DNA of 64,000 bases from an uncultured Acidobacteriota bacterium (GTDB lineage: Bacteria; Acidobacteriota; Vicinamibacteria; Vicinamibacterales; Fen-181). The notes under the pieces were generated by a model, which saw only the letters and a program-made list of their open reading frames with translations, was not told where the DNA came from and made no database searches. Position numbers and translations under genes: made by a program. Of this stretch, positions 8,169 through 16,632 are shown piece by piece (the stretch's first letter is position 1; each line of letters starts with the position of its first letter). The stretch spans positions 370,435 through 434,434 of the forward strand of contig CAVZMW010000006.1 in NCBI GenBank assembly GCA_963776495.1, given 5' to 3'.

Positions 8169-10346
8169 ATGAAGAAGATCGCTCCTGTCTTACTTATCGT
8201 CTGCACGGCGCTCGTCCTGCAGGCCGGCCAGAATACCGAGGTCGCTTCCTGGGAGCGGCAGGCCCAGAGCGTCACCATCACTCGCGACACCTGGGGCATC
8301 CCCCACGTCTACGGCAAGACCGACGCCGACGCCGTGTTCGGCGTCATCTACGCGCAGGCCGAGGACGACTTCAACCGGGTCGAAACCAACTACCTCAACT
8401 CGATGGGGCGGCTGGCCGAGGCCGAAGGGGAGTCGGCCGTCTACCGCGACCTGCGGATGAAGCTGTTCATCGACCCCGTGGACCTGAAGGCGCAGTACCA
8501 GAAGAGCCCGGCCTGGCTGAAGGCGCTCATGAACGCCTGGGCCGACGGCCTGAACTACTACCTGTACACCCACACCAACGTCCACCCTCGGGTCGTCACC
8601 CGGTTCGAGCCGTGGATGGCGCTCAGTTTCAGCGAAGGGAGCATCGGCGGGGACATCGAGAAGGTCAATCTCGGGCAGCTCGAGGCCTTCTACGGCCGCG
8701 GCCCGGAGGCCAGGCCCGCCCCGGAGGCGGATCCGGGCGGCGGCGACCGCGAGCCGAGGGGGTCGAACGGCGCCGCCATCGCCCCGGCCAACACGACGGG
8801 CCACCACGCGCTGCTGCTCATCAACCCCCACACCTCGTTCTTCTTCCGCGCCGAGGCGCAGATGGTGAGCAACGAGGGGCTCGACGCGTACGGCGCGCTC
8901 ACCTGGGGGCAGTTCTTCATCTACCAGGGGTTCAACGACCGCGCCGGCTGGATGCACACCTCGAGCGCCGTGGACGACAGCGACGAGTACCTCGAGACGG
9001 TGGTCAGGAAGGGCGACGCCTACTTCTACCGCTACGGGGCCGAGGAGCGCCCGGTGAAGGCCGAGGTCGTCACCGTCCCGTACAAGACCGCCACCGGGAT
9101 GGCGACGCGGCAATTCACCGTCTACCGGACCGAGCACGGACCCGTCGTCCGGAAGGCCGGCGACAAGTGGGTGAGCTTCGCCATCATGCAGGAGCCCCTC
9201 AAGGCGCTGATGCAGTCCTTCAGCCGGACCAAGGCCCGCACCTACAAGGCCTTCCGCGAGACGATGGAGCTGCACACCAACTCGTCGAACAACACCATCT
9301 ACGCGGACGCCGACGGCAACATCGCCTATTTCCACGGCAACTTCATCCCGCGGCGCGACCCGAAGTTCGACTGGACCCGCCCGGTGGACGGCAGCGACCC
9401 GGCGACCGACTGGCACGGCGTGCTCTCGGTGGACGAGTCGCCGAAGCTGCTCAACCCGGCGAGCGGCTGGCTCTACAACACCAACAACTGGCCCTGGACC
9501 GCCGCCGGCGCGAGCAGCCCGAAGAAGGCCGACTTCCCGGCCTACGTGGACAGCGGGAGCGAGAACCCGCGGGGGCTGCACGCCATCCGGGTGTTCGACC
9601 ACCGCAAGGACTTCACGCTGGACGGCCTGCTCGCGGCCGCGTTCGACAGCTACCTGCCGACGTTCGGCGAGGACATCCCGGCGCTCGTCAAGGCCTGGGA
9701 CGGCCTGCCCGCCGGCGACGCGCTCAAGGCGAAGACGGCGGACGCGGTCGCCGTCCTGCGGGCGTGGGACTTCCGCTGGGCCGGGTCGTCGGTGGCCACC
9801 TCGCTGGCCGTCTACTGGGGCGAGGACGCCGGCCGCCGCCTGTCGGCCGAGATTCGCAGGTCGGGCAAGTCGGCCGACGACTACATCGCCGAGGGGGCCG
9901 CGCCGCGGACGCTCGTCGAGTCGCTGGCCGCCGCGTGCGACCGCCTGTCGGCCGACTTCGGCACGTGGCGCACGGCGTGGGGCGACATCAACCGCTACCA
10001 GCGCAACAACGGCGACATCGTCCAGCGCTTCGACGACGCGGCGCCGAGCATCCCGGTGCCCTTCCCGTCGGCGCGGTGGGGATCGCTGGCGTCGTTCGGC
10101 GCGCGGACCTACCCGGGGACGAAGAAGATGTACGGGACGAGCGGCAACAGCTTCGTGGCGGTGGTGGAGTTCGGCGACCGCGTGCGCGCGCGGGCGGTGT
10201 CGGCGGGCGGTGAGAGCGGCGACCCGACGTCGCCGCACTTCGGCGACCAGGCCGCGCGCTACGCGAGCGGCAACCTGCGGGAGGTCTACTTCTACCCGGA
10301 GCAGCTCCGGGGGCACGTCGAGAGGGAATACCATCCGGGGAAGTAG
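8169..10346 (+). CDS. Penicillin/AHL-acylase family Ntn hydrolase (peptidase S45)
   Basis: The signal peptide is MKKIAPVLLIVCTALVLQA. It has TITRDTWGIPHVYGKTDADAVFG...AEDDF, and a spacer followed by the GSNGAAIAP nucleophile context. Confidence 0.85.
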   Translation: MKKIAPVLLIVCTALVLQAGQNTEVASWERQAQSVTITRDTWGIPHVYGKTDADAVFGVIYAQAEDDFNRVETNYLNSMGRLAEAEGESAVYRDLRMKLFIDPVDLKAQYQKSPAWLKALMNAWADGLNYYLYTHTNVHPRVVTRFEPWMALSFSEGSIGGDIEKVNLGQLEAFYGRGPEARPAPEADPGGGDREPRGSNGAAIAPANTTGHHALLLINPHTSFFFRAEAQMVSNEGLDAYGALTWGQFFIYQGFNDRAGWMHTSSAVDDSDEYLETVVRKGDAYFYRYGAEERPVKAEVVTVPYKTATGMATRQFTVYRTEHGPVVRKAGDKWVSFAIMQEPLKALMQSFSRTKARTYKAFRETMELHTNSSNNTIYADADGNIAYFHGNFIPRRDPKFDWTRPVDGSDPATDWHGVLSVDESPKLLNPASGWLYNTNNWPWTAAGASSPKKADFPAYVDSGSENPRGLHAIRVFDHRKDFTLDGLLAAAFDSYLPTFGEDIPALVKAWDGLPAGDALKAKTADAVAVLRAWDFRWAGSSVATSLAVYWGEDAGRRLSAEIRRSGKSADDYIAEGAAPRTLVESLAAACDRLSADFGTWRTAWGDINRYQRNNGDIVQRFDDAAPSIPVPFPSARWGSLASFGARTYPGTKKMYGTSGNSFVAVVEFGDRVRARAVSAGGESGDPTSPHFGDQAARYASGNLREVYFYPEQLRGHVEREYHPGK

Positions 10347-10348
10347 AG

Positions 10349-10437
10349 AGGCTCCAGGCTCCGGGCTTCGGGCTCCGGGCGGCGCCGCGCGCGTCACGCG
10401 TGACAGGCCCGAAGCCTGAGGCCAGTGGCCTGAAGCC
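10349..10437. repeat. Octamer-armed palindrome (GGCTCCGG-type units; core GCGTCACGCGTGACAG; GCCTGAAG-type units)
   Basis: The arm ggctccaggctccgggcttcgggctccggg lies 5' of the core at 10391-10405. The arm gcccgaagcctgaggccagtggcctgaagcc lies 3' of it. The element sits between convergent gene ends. Confidence 0.85.
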
Positions 10438-10442
10438 GCCCG

Positions 10443-12701
10443 CTAGGCCCCGTTCGCGGGCTCCGCCGTCGCCGCTATGGCCGGCCCCGAGCGGGCCAGC
10501 GCGTTGTTGATCGCCCGCAGGCCGAGCCACCACTGCGACTTCGGCCGCCGGTTCGCCTCGTCCATCATCCGCGGCAGGTCCTCGAGCGGGTGGAACTGGA
10601 CGTGGCCGCCGATCAAGCCGATGAACGACGCGTTCGGCCGCTCCTCGGCGGCTTGCTCGATCAGGTAGCCCACCGAGCGGCGCGCCAGCTTGGTCGCCTG
10701 GATCCGGTCGAACGGCGACGGGTCGCCTCCCTGCTGCAGGTGGCCGAGGATGCTCTCGCGCACGGCGAACGCGCCGCCGCTCTCCTCCTCGAACAGCGCT
10801 CGCATGAAGTTGGTGTCGTACGTCGGGTTCGCGTCCTCGTTGCGGATGATGAGGCCCAGGCGCTTCCCCTCGCGGAACCCCCGGACGAGGACATCCAGGT
10901 CCTCCTTCATCGACTTGAGCGTGACCCCTTCCTCGTGCAGGTAGACGCGCTCGGCGCCCGTGGCCAGGCCGCTCATCAGCGCCAGGTAGCCGCACCGCCG
11001 GCCCATCACCTCGACGATGTAGCAGCGCCGCTCGGCGACGGCCGACTGCTTGATCTTGTCGACGACGGTGACGATGCTGTTGAGCGCCGTGTCGGCGCCG
11101 ATGCTCAGCTCGGTGCCGGGCAGGTTGTTGTCGATCGTGGCGGGCAGGCAGACCAACGGGATCTCGAACGCCGGGAAGTTGGCCCGCTCCTGGAGGAGGC
11201 GGTAGGCCCCCTGGTAGCCTTCCCACCCGCCGACGACGAGCAGCCCTTCGATCCCGCGCCGCTCGATCGTCTTGGCGATGGCGTGGAAGTCGGGGCCGTT
11301 CGGGACCACCCGGTTGGTGCCGAGCTCCGAGCCGCCGAGCGGCGCCCAGCCGTTCACGCTCATCCACGCCATCGGCTGCAGGTCGTCGTCGATGAGCCCC
11401 TGAAAGCCGCGGCGGACGCCGAAGATCTCGTGGCCGTGGTCGATCGCAATGCGCACGGCCGCGCGAACGGCGGTGTTCATACCCGGGGCTGGCGCGCCGA
11501 CGTTGAGGATCGCCAGCCGGAGCCGCCGCTGGCCCGGCTGGGGCGGGTGGGGCAGGGCGCGCAGCAGCGTCTGCAGCGTGCCGGCCGCGGTGACGAAGGC
11601 GTGGCCGCGCAGCTCCATGGCCTGTGCAAACTCGTGCGCCTCGAGCCGCGAATTGATCTCGCGTGTTTTGGCCACGCACTCGGTCAGCGGGATGCGGACC
11701 ACGCGGTTGCCGCTGACGCCGATCACCTGGGATTGCTCGTCGGCCTCGCCCGCGACGAGCGATTCGACGGCGGCGTGGCCGACGATCGTGCCGAGGTTGC
11801 GGTCGTAGGCGCTTGGCGCGCCCCCCCGCTGGACGTGGCCGAGCACCGTGATGCGGACCGACTGCCCGAGCCCCGCCTCGAGCACCTGCTGCAGCCGCTC
11901 GCTTGTGATGGGACGCCCCTGCCGGTCGGTCGCCCCCTCCGAGAGGACCACGATCGCGTCGCGGCGTCCGGCCGCGCGGCCGGCCTTGAGCGCCGCCACC
12001 ATCTCGGTCTCCCAGTCATCCGACTCCGGCGGCTGTTCCGGCAGGAACACCCAGTCGGCGCCGGTCGAAAGCGCGCCCATCAGCGCGAGGTAGCCGCAGT
12101 GCCGGCCCATCACCTCGACGACGAACGTCCGCTGGTTGCTCGAGGCCGTGCTGGAGATGGCGTCGATCGCCTCGGTGATCCGGTGCAGCGCCGTGTCGGC
12201 GCCGATCGTCATGTCGGTGCCGTACGCGTCGTTGTCGATCGAGCCGACCAGGCCGACCACCGTCAGGCGCGGGTGGCGGAGCGCGGTCTCGACCGGGATC
12301 GCCTGGCTGGTCACCAGCTCGCCGACCAGATCCGGCCACTCTCGGCGAAACTGGTCGGCGCCGGTGAGGCTGCCGTCGCCGCCGATGACGACGAGGCTGT
12401 CGATCCCGGCGTCGAGGAGCGTGCGCGCGGCGGTCAGCCGCCCCTCGCGCGTCCGGAACTTGTCGGACCGCGCCGTGCCGAGAATCGTCCCGCCGCGGTG
12501 GATGACGCCGCCGACCGAGTTCCACGCCATCGGGCGGACGCGCTCGCGCCCTTCGATGAGCCCGTTGAACCCTTCGTGGATCCCGAAGACCTCGAGGCCG
12601 TGGTCGAGCGCCGTCCGCACCACGGCCCGGATTGCCGCGTTCATCCCCGACGCGTCGCCGCCGCTCGTCAGGACGCCGATTCGCTTGTTCGCCAACGCCA
12701 T
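10443..12701 (-). CDS. pfk: ATP-dependent 6-phosphofructokinase, tandem two-domain (eukaryote-type, ~750 aa)
   Basis: The N half carries GVLTSGGDASGMNAAIR, GGDGSLTGA, GSIDNDAYGTD, VVEVMGRHCGYLAL and LGHVQRGG. The C half carries LNVGAPAPGMNTAVR, VVGGWEGYQGA, PATIDNNLPGTE, VEVMGRRCGYLAL and LGHLQQGGDPSPFDR. Confidence 0.9.
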   Translation of the reverse strand: MALANKRIGVLTSGGDASGMNAAIRAVVRTALDHGLEVFGIHEGFNGLIEGRERVRPMAWNSVGGVIHRGGTILGTARSDKFRTREGRLTAARTLLDAGIDSLVVIGGDGSLTGADQFRREWPDLVGELVTSQAIPVETALRHPRLTVVGLVGSIDNDAYGTDMTIGADTALHRITEAIDAISSTASSNQRTFVVEVMGRHCGYLALMGALSTGADWVFLPEQPPESDDWETEMVAALKAGRAAGRRDAIVVLSEGATDRQGRPITSERLQQVLEAGLGQSVRITVLGHVQRGGAPSAYDRNLGTIVGHAAVESLVAGEADEQSQVIGVSGNRVVRIPLTECVAKTREINSRLEAHEFAQAMELRGHAFVTAAGTLQTLLRALPHPPQPGQRRLRLAILNVGAPAPGMNTAVRAAVRIAIDHGHEIFGVRRGFQGLIDDDLQPMAWMSVNGWAPLGGSELGTNRVVPNGPDFHAIAKTIERRGIEGLLVVGGWEGYQGAYRLLQERANFPAFEIPLVCLPATIDNNLPGTELSIGADTALNSIVTVVDKIKQSAVAERRCYIVEVMGRRCGYLALMSGLATGAERVYLHEEGVTLKSMKEDLDVLVRGFREGKRLGLIIRNEDANPTYDTNFMRALFEEESGGAFAVRESILGHLQQGGDPSPFDRIQATKLARRSVGYLIEQAAEERPNASFIGLIGGHVQFHPLEDLPRMMDEANRRPKSQWWLGLRAINNALARSGPAIAATAEPANGA

Positions 12702-12705
12702 GCTC

Positions 12706-12787
12706 CTTGCGCCTTACGCCTCACGCCTTACGCCTCACGCCTTACGCCTTGCGCCTTACGCCTTGCGCCTTACGCCTTACGCCTCGC
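12706..12787. repeat. About ten tandem GCCTTACG/GCCTCACG/GCCTTGCG octamers abutting the pfk start codon
   Basis: The sequence is ttgcgccttacgcctcacgccttacgcctcacgccttacgccttgcgccttacgccttgcgccttacgccttacgcctcgc. It lies in the divergent pfk/speA region. Confidence 0.9.
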
Positions 12788-12940
12788 GGCGCAGGGCGCT
12801 GGGCGGAGGTCGGACCTCGGCCGGCGGGCCAGCGCCGGCGCTCGACGTATGTTACTGCTCTTTTCTTTTCATGCCGCCCGTGACACTGTAAACTCAGTCG
12901 CGAGCACTCGGGACGCGGACAACCGCAAGGGAGAACGTCG

Positions 12941-14851
12941 TTGCAGACTGAACTCAGGGCCTGGACGGTCCAGGACTCGAGCGAGTTGTACAACATCGGT
13001 GGGTGGGGTCGGGATTTCTTCTCGATCAACGAGTCCGGCAACGTCGAAGTGACGCCCGCGGGCCCGGGGACGCTGAAGATCGACCTCAAGGAACTGGTGG
13101 ACGATCTCCAGAGCCGCGGCCTCAACCTCCCGATCCTGATCCGGTTCTCCGACGTCCTGCGCGTGCGCCTCGAGCAGCTGTTCGGCGCGTTCCAGCAGGC
13201 GATCGTCGAGAACGACTACAAGGGCGTCTTTCGCGGCGTCTACCCGATCAAGGTGAACCAGCAGCGCCACGTGGTCGAGGAGCTGATGGAGCACGGCCGC
13301 CCGTTCAACCTCGGGATCGAGGCCGGGTCGAAGCCCGAGCTGCTGGTGGCGCTCGCGCTGCAGGAGAACCCCGAGGCGCTGATCCTCTGCAACGGCTACA
13401 AGGACCGCGCCTTCATCGAGACGGCGCTGCTCGCGCAGAAGCTCGGGCGCCGCGTCGTCATCACGATCGACCGGATGGGCGAGCTCGACACGATCCTCGC
13501 GGCCGCCGCGGAGCTCGACCTGCGGCCGGTGATCGGCGTCCGCGCGCGCCTGACGACCAAGGGCGCCGGCAAGTGGGTGGAGTCGACCGGCGACCGGTCC
13601 AAGTTCGGCCTGACGACGGCCGAGATCGTGGCGACCGTGGACCGGCTGCGCGACCTGGGGATGCTCGACTGCCTGCAGCTCCTGCACTTCCACATCGGGT
13701 CGCAGATCACCAACATCCGCGCGGTCAAGGACGCCCTGAAGGAGTCGAGCCGCATCTTCGTCGAGCTCTACCGCCTCGGCGCGAACATGCACTACCTCGA
13801 CTGCGGCGGCGGCCTCGGCGTGGACTACGACGGCAGCCAGACCAACTTCCACTCGTCGGTCAACTACACGCTGCAGGAATACGCCGCCGACATCGTCAGC
13901 CAGGTGGCCGAGGCGTGCAACGCGACGGGCGTGCCGCACCCCGACCTGGTGACCGAGTCGGGGCGCGCGCTGGTGGCCCACCACTCGCTGCTCGTCTACA
14001 ACGTGCTGGCGACCAACGAGATCCTCGTCGGCCGCGCGCCCGAGGCGCCGTCGAAGGGCGACCACCAGGTCCTGCACAGCCTGTGGGAGGCCTACAGCGG
14101 CGTGTCGCGGAAGAACTTCCAGGAGGCCTACCACGACGTCCTCCAGATCAAGGAGGACGCGATCACGGCCTTCAACCTCGGCGTGATCGACCTCAACGCG
14201 CGCGCCAAGGTCGAGCAGATGTTCTGGGCGACGTGCGAGAAGCTGCTCAAGATCGTCCGCGACCTCGAGTACGTGCCGGACGAACTCGAGGGGCTCGAGC
14301 GCCAGTTGAGCGACACGTACTACTGCAACTTCTCGCTCTTCCAGTCGATGCCCGACCACTGGGCGGTCAAGCAGCTGTTCCCGACCATCCCGATCCACCG
14401 GCTGAACCAGCAGCCGCTGCGCCGCGGGATCATCGCCGACCTGACGTGCGACAGCGACGGGAAGATCGACCAGTTCATCGACCTGCGCGACGTGAAGGGG
14501 TTCCTCGAACTCCACAGCCCGAACGGCGGCGAGTACCTGGTCGCCACCTTCCTCGTCGGGGCCTACCAGGAGATCCTCGGCGACCTGCACAACCTGTTCG
14601 GCGACACCGACGCGGTCCACGTCAAGGTGGACGGCGACGACTACACCGTCGAGAAGGTGGTGAAGGGCGACTCGGTGGCCGAGGTGCTCTCCTACGTGCA
14701 GTACGACCAGCGCGACCTCATCGCGCGCGTGCGCCGGTCGGTCGAGGCCGCGCTGCGCGAGAAGCGCATCACGATGGCGGAGTCGGGGCGCTTCATGAAG
14801 CGCTACGAGGAGGCGCTCGGGGGCTATACGTATCTCGCCGTTGGCGAGTAG
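12941..14851 (+). CDS. speA: Biosynthetic arginine decarboxylase
   Basis: The full-length 636-aa product has WTVQDSSELYNIGGWG..FFSINE.GNV, YPIKVNQQRHVVEEL and DCGGGLGVDYDG. A TTG start follows an AAGGGAGAA SD. Confidence 0.95.
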   Translation: MQTELRAWTVQDSSELYNIGGWGRDFFSINESGNVEVTPAGPGTLKIDLKELVDDLQSRGLNLPILIRFSDVLRVRLEQLFGAFQQAIVENDYKGVFRGVYPIKVNQQRHVVEELMEHGRPFNLGIEAGSKPELLVALALQENPEALILCNGYKDRAFIETALLAQKLGRRVVITIDRMGELDTILAAAAELDLRPVIGVRARLTTKGAGKWVESTGDRSKFGLTTAEIVATVDRLRDLGMLDCLQLLHFHIGSQITNIRAVKDALKESSRIFVELYRLGANMHYLDCGGGLGVDYDGSQTNFHSSVNYTLQEYAADIVSQVAEACNATGVPHPDLVTESGRALVAHHSLLVYNVLATNEILVGRAPEAPSKGDHQVLHSLWEAYSGVSRKNFQEAYHDVLQIKEDAITAFNLGVIDLNARAKVEQMFWATCEKLLKIVRDLEYVPDELEGLERQLSDTYYCNFSLFQSMPDHWAVKQLFPTIPIHRLNQQPLRRGIIADLTCDSDGKIDQFIDLRDVKGFLELHSPNGGEYLVATFLVGAYQEILGDLHNLFGDTDAVHVKVDGDDYTVEKVVKGDSVAEVLSYVQYDQRDLIARVRRSVEAALREKRITMAESGRFMKRYEEALGGYTYLAVGE

Positions 14852-14852
14852 A

Positions 14853-14899
14853 AGGCCCAAGGCTCAGGGCTCACGGCTCAAGCCAAGAGGCTCGAGGCT
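14853..14899. repeat. Short-unit repeat (GGCTCA(A/G)G units) between convergent speA and SYLF genes
   Basis: The sequence is aggcccaaggctcagggctcacggctcaagccaagaggctcgaggc. Confidence 0.7.
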
Positions 14900-15614
14900 A
14901 TCCCCGGCCGGATGCGGCATACCGGTCCAGCGTCTCGACGAACGGCCTGACCGTGGGCGTGACCGGCACGGTATCCCTGACCAGGATGTCCCTCGTCGTC
15001 ACGTCTCGGCCATAGACCTCGCGATTCGCGCGCCTGTCGATCGTCAACGCCGCGCCGGTCAGGGCCACTCCGGCGAAGACCCCCTTGCTGCGGGAGTACG
15101 TATAGATCGCCGATTCCAGCAGGACGTTGGTGCCGGCGGCTGCCGTGCGCCCGAGCGGTCCGGCGGCGACCGACGCGTCCGCGCCCAACTTGAGCCTTCC
15201 CCTGAGCAGCGGCCGGATTCCCTCGCTGTTGGTGAAGACGAGGACATAGTCGGTCGAGGACACACCGATCTGCAGTCCGAAGCTCCCGCCCGTGAGTTCG
15301 ACATAGCAGGGCGGGCCCCACGAACCGTTCTTCAAGCGTTGGGAAACGACGCCTTTCCCATAGCTGCCGCCGAAGAAGAACGCCCCTCGCACGTCATGCG
15401 GTATCACCGCGATGGCCGTCGCGTTCTCCAGCAGCTCCCGGGGAATGCCGCTGTCGGGCGCCGCCATCAGATGCCTCACGACCGCGGCCGCCCTGTCGAT
15501 GCGGGTTCTCGCGTCGTGGTCGTCGGCGCGCACAGGCGCGGCCAACCCTATCAGCGCGAGCACCAGGAAGACGTGAGAGACTGCGCGCCAGGCGCGCGTT
15601 CGTCGCGAGTTCAT
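14898..15614 (-). CDS. Exported SYLF (DUF500/Ysc84-like) lipid-binding domain protein
   Basis: A signal peptide is present. IPRELLENATAIAVIP...GGSYGKGVV...GGSFGLQIG...LGADASVAAGP is the family pattern. Confidence 0.8.
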   Translation of the reverse strand: MNSRRTRAWRAVSHVFLVLALIGLAAPVRADDHDARTRIDRAAAVVRHLMAAPDSGIPRELLENATAIAVIPHDVRGAFFFGGSYGKGVVSQRLKNGSWGPPCYVELTGGSFGLQIGVSSTDYVLVFTNSEGIRPLLRGRLKLGADASVAAGPLGRTAAAGTNVLLESAIYTYSRSKGVFAGVALTGAALTIDRRANREVYGRDVTTRDILVRDTVPVTPTVRPFVETLDRYAASGRG

Positions 15615-15674
15615 ACGATATCCCCTCGAGATGGTCGGGCGGAAAGACCGACTCTTCCCTACGGCCGCCTGACG

Positions 15675-15715
15675 TTCTCATGAACCAACATAGATCGGCG
15701 GCAGGGTTCACGAGA
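15675..15715. promoter_or_regulatory. Inverted repeat TTCTCATGAACC-N17-GGTTCACGAGAA upstream of the SYLF gene (candidate operator)
   Basis: It is an 11/12 complementary 12-mer pair in an AT-richer stretch 60-100 nt upstream of the SYLF start. It is adjacent to a TATATT box on the minus strand. Confidence 0.3.
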
Positions 15716-15789
15716 ATATATCCATCGGGGTACATCTCCCTTTGCCGCGCAGACCCGCGGTTCAGGTTCGCAGGCTCAGACCGCACAGC

Positions 15790-15830
15790 CGTACTTCGTC
15801 CTTCCTCCTTCGCACGATCGCACGATCGCG
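15790..15830. repeat. Short-unit repeat (ACTTCGT / CGCACGAT units) downstream of vapC
   Basis: The sequence is gtacttcgtccttcctccttcgcacgatcgcacgatcgcg. It shares the 22-mer cttcgcacgatcgcacgatcgc (15808-15829) with 16596-16617. Confidence 0.8.
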
Positions 15831-15836
15831 AGCTAC

Positions 15837-16223
15837 CTAGATTGCCCGGCTTCGAGTCGCCTTTGTGATCTGACCGTCCAGCGCCACCAGGTCCGCACCG
15901 AGCATCCCCGCCAGCCACACGTAGGCCGCGTCGTAAGCGGTGAGGCCGGTGTCGAGCGCCAGGCGGGTCAGGTCGGCCGTGTCCACCTCGACCCAGGTGA
16001 TGCCGGCTCGCGGCCCGAACGCCTCGGCGAGCGCCAACAAGATCACGCGCGCCTGCTCCGGCTGTCGCCGGATCTTCTTCCGCGCGACGTTGGCCAGCTC
16101 GAACTTCAACAACAGGGGAGCGGCGACGGCCGCACCCTCCAGCCGGCGCGCGACCTCATCCGCCCCGGGTTCGTTGAAGGCGATGGCGGCCAGCGCGGAC
16201 GCATCGACGACGACGCGGGTCAC
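15837..16223 (-). CDS. vapC: Type II toxin VapC (PIN-domain ribonuclease)
   Basis: MTRVVVDASALAAI... carries the conserved acidic PIN positions (VVDAS, FELAN, AYDAAY). It has a 4-nt overlap with the upstream antitoxin gene. Confidence 0.85.
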   Translation of the reverse strand: MTRVVVDASALAAIAFNEPGADEVARRLEGAAVAAPLLLKFELANVARKKIRRQPEQARVILLALAEAFGPRAGITWVEVDTADLTRLALDTGLTAYDAAYVWLAGMLGADLVALDGQITKATRSRAI

Positions 16224-16453
16224 CGGCGGTCCCTGGACTGGCGCACGAGGCGTGCCGCGTTGGCGGGCGTCTTGACGCCGAGCGCCCGGACACGCTCGAG
16301 CAGCGCACGGGCCTCGAACGGGGTCTCGCGGGCCGCGTCCTCGAGGATCGACATCAACTCTCCCTGCAAGGAGCGGTGATTGCGGTGCGCGCGCGCCCGG
16401 ATCGTTGCGGCGAGCTCGTCGGGAACGGTCTTGATGGACAGCGTGACAGGCAT
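16220..16453 (-). CDS. vapB: Type II antitoxin (ribbon-helix-helix, FitA/VapB-like)
   Basis: MPVTLSIKTVPDELAATIRARAHRNHRSLQGELMSILEDAA is a typical RHH antitoxin N-terminus. ATG at 16453 is chosen; the longer ORF extends into the repeat. Confidence 0.75.
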   Translation of the reverse strand: MPVTLSIKTVPDELAATIRARAHRNHRSLQGELMSILEDAARETPFEARALLERVRALGVKTPANAARLVRQSRDRR

Positions 16454-16496
16454 CGATGGCTCCAGAATGGATCCATTATGGAGCCAACGCCTCGCG

Positions 16497-16630
16497 AGGC
16501 TCAAGGCCCAAGCCAGGAGGCTCAAGACTCAAGACTCAAGACTCAGGGCTCAGGGCCATACCTCGAACTTCGTACTTCCCACTTCCCACTTCGTACTTCG
16601 CACGATCGCACGATCGCAAGATCGATCGAT
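16497..16630. repeat. Composite short-unit repeat (GGCTCAAG/GACTCAAG units, ACTTCCC/ACTTCGT units, CGCACGAT units)
   Basis: The sequence is ggctcaaggcccaagccaggaggctcaagactcaagactcaagactcagggctcaggg ... acttcgtacttcccacttcccacttcgtacttcgcacgatcgcacgatcgcaagatcgatcg. Confidence 0.85.
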
Positions 16631-16632
16631 GT

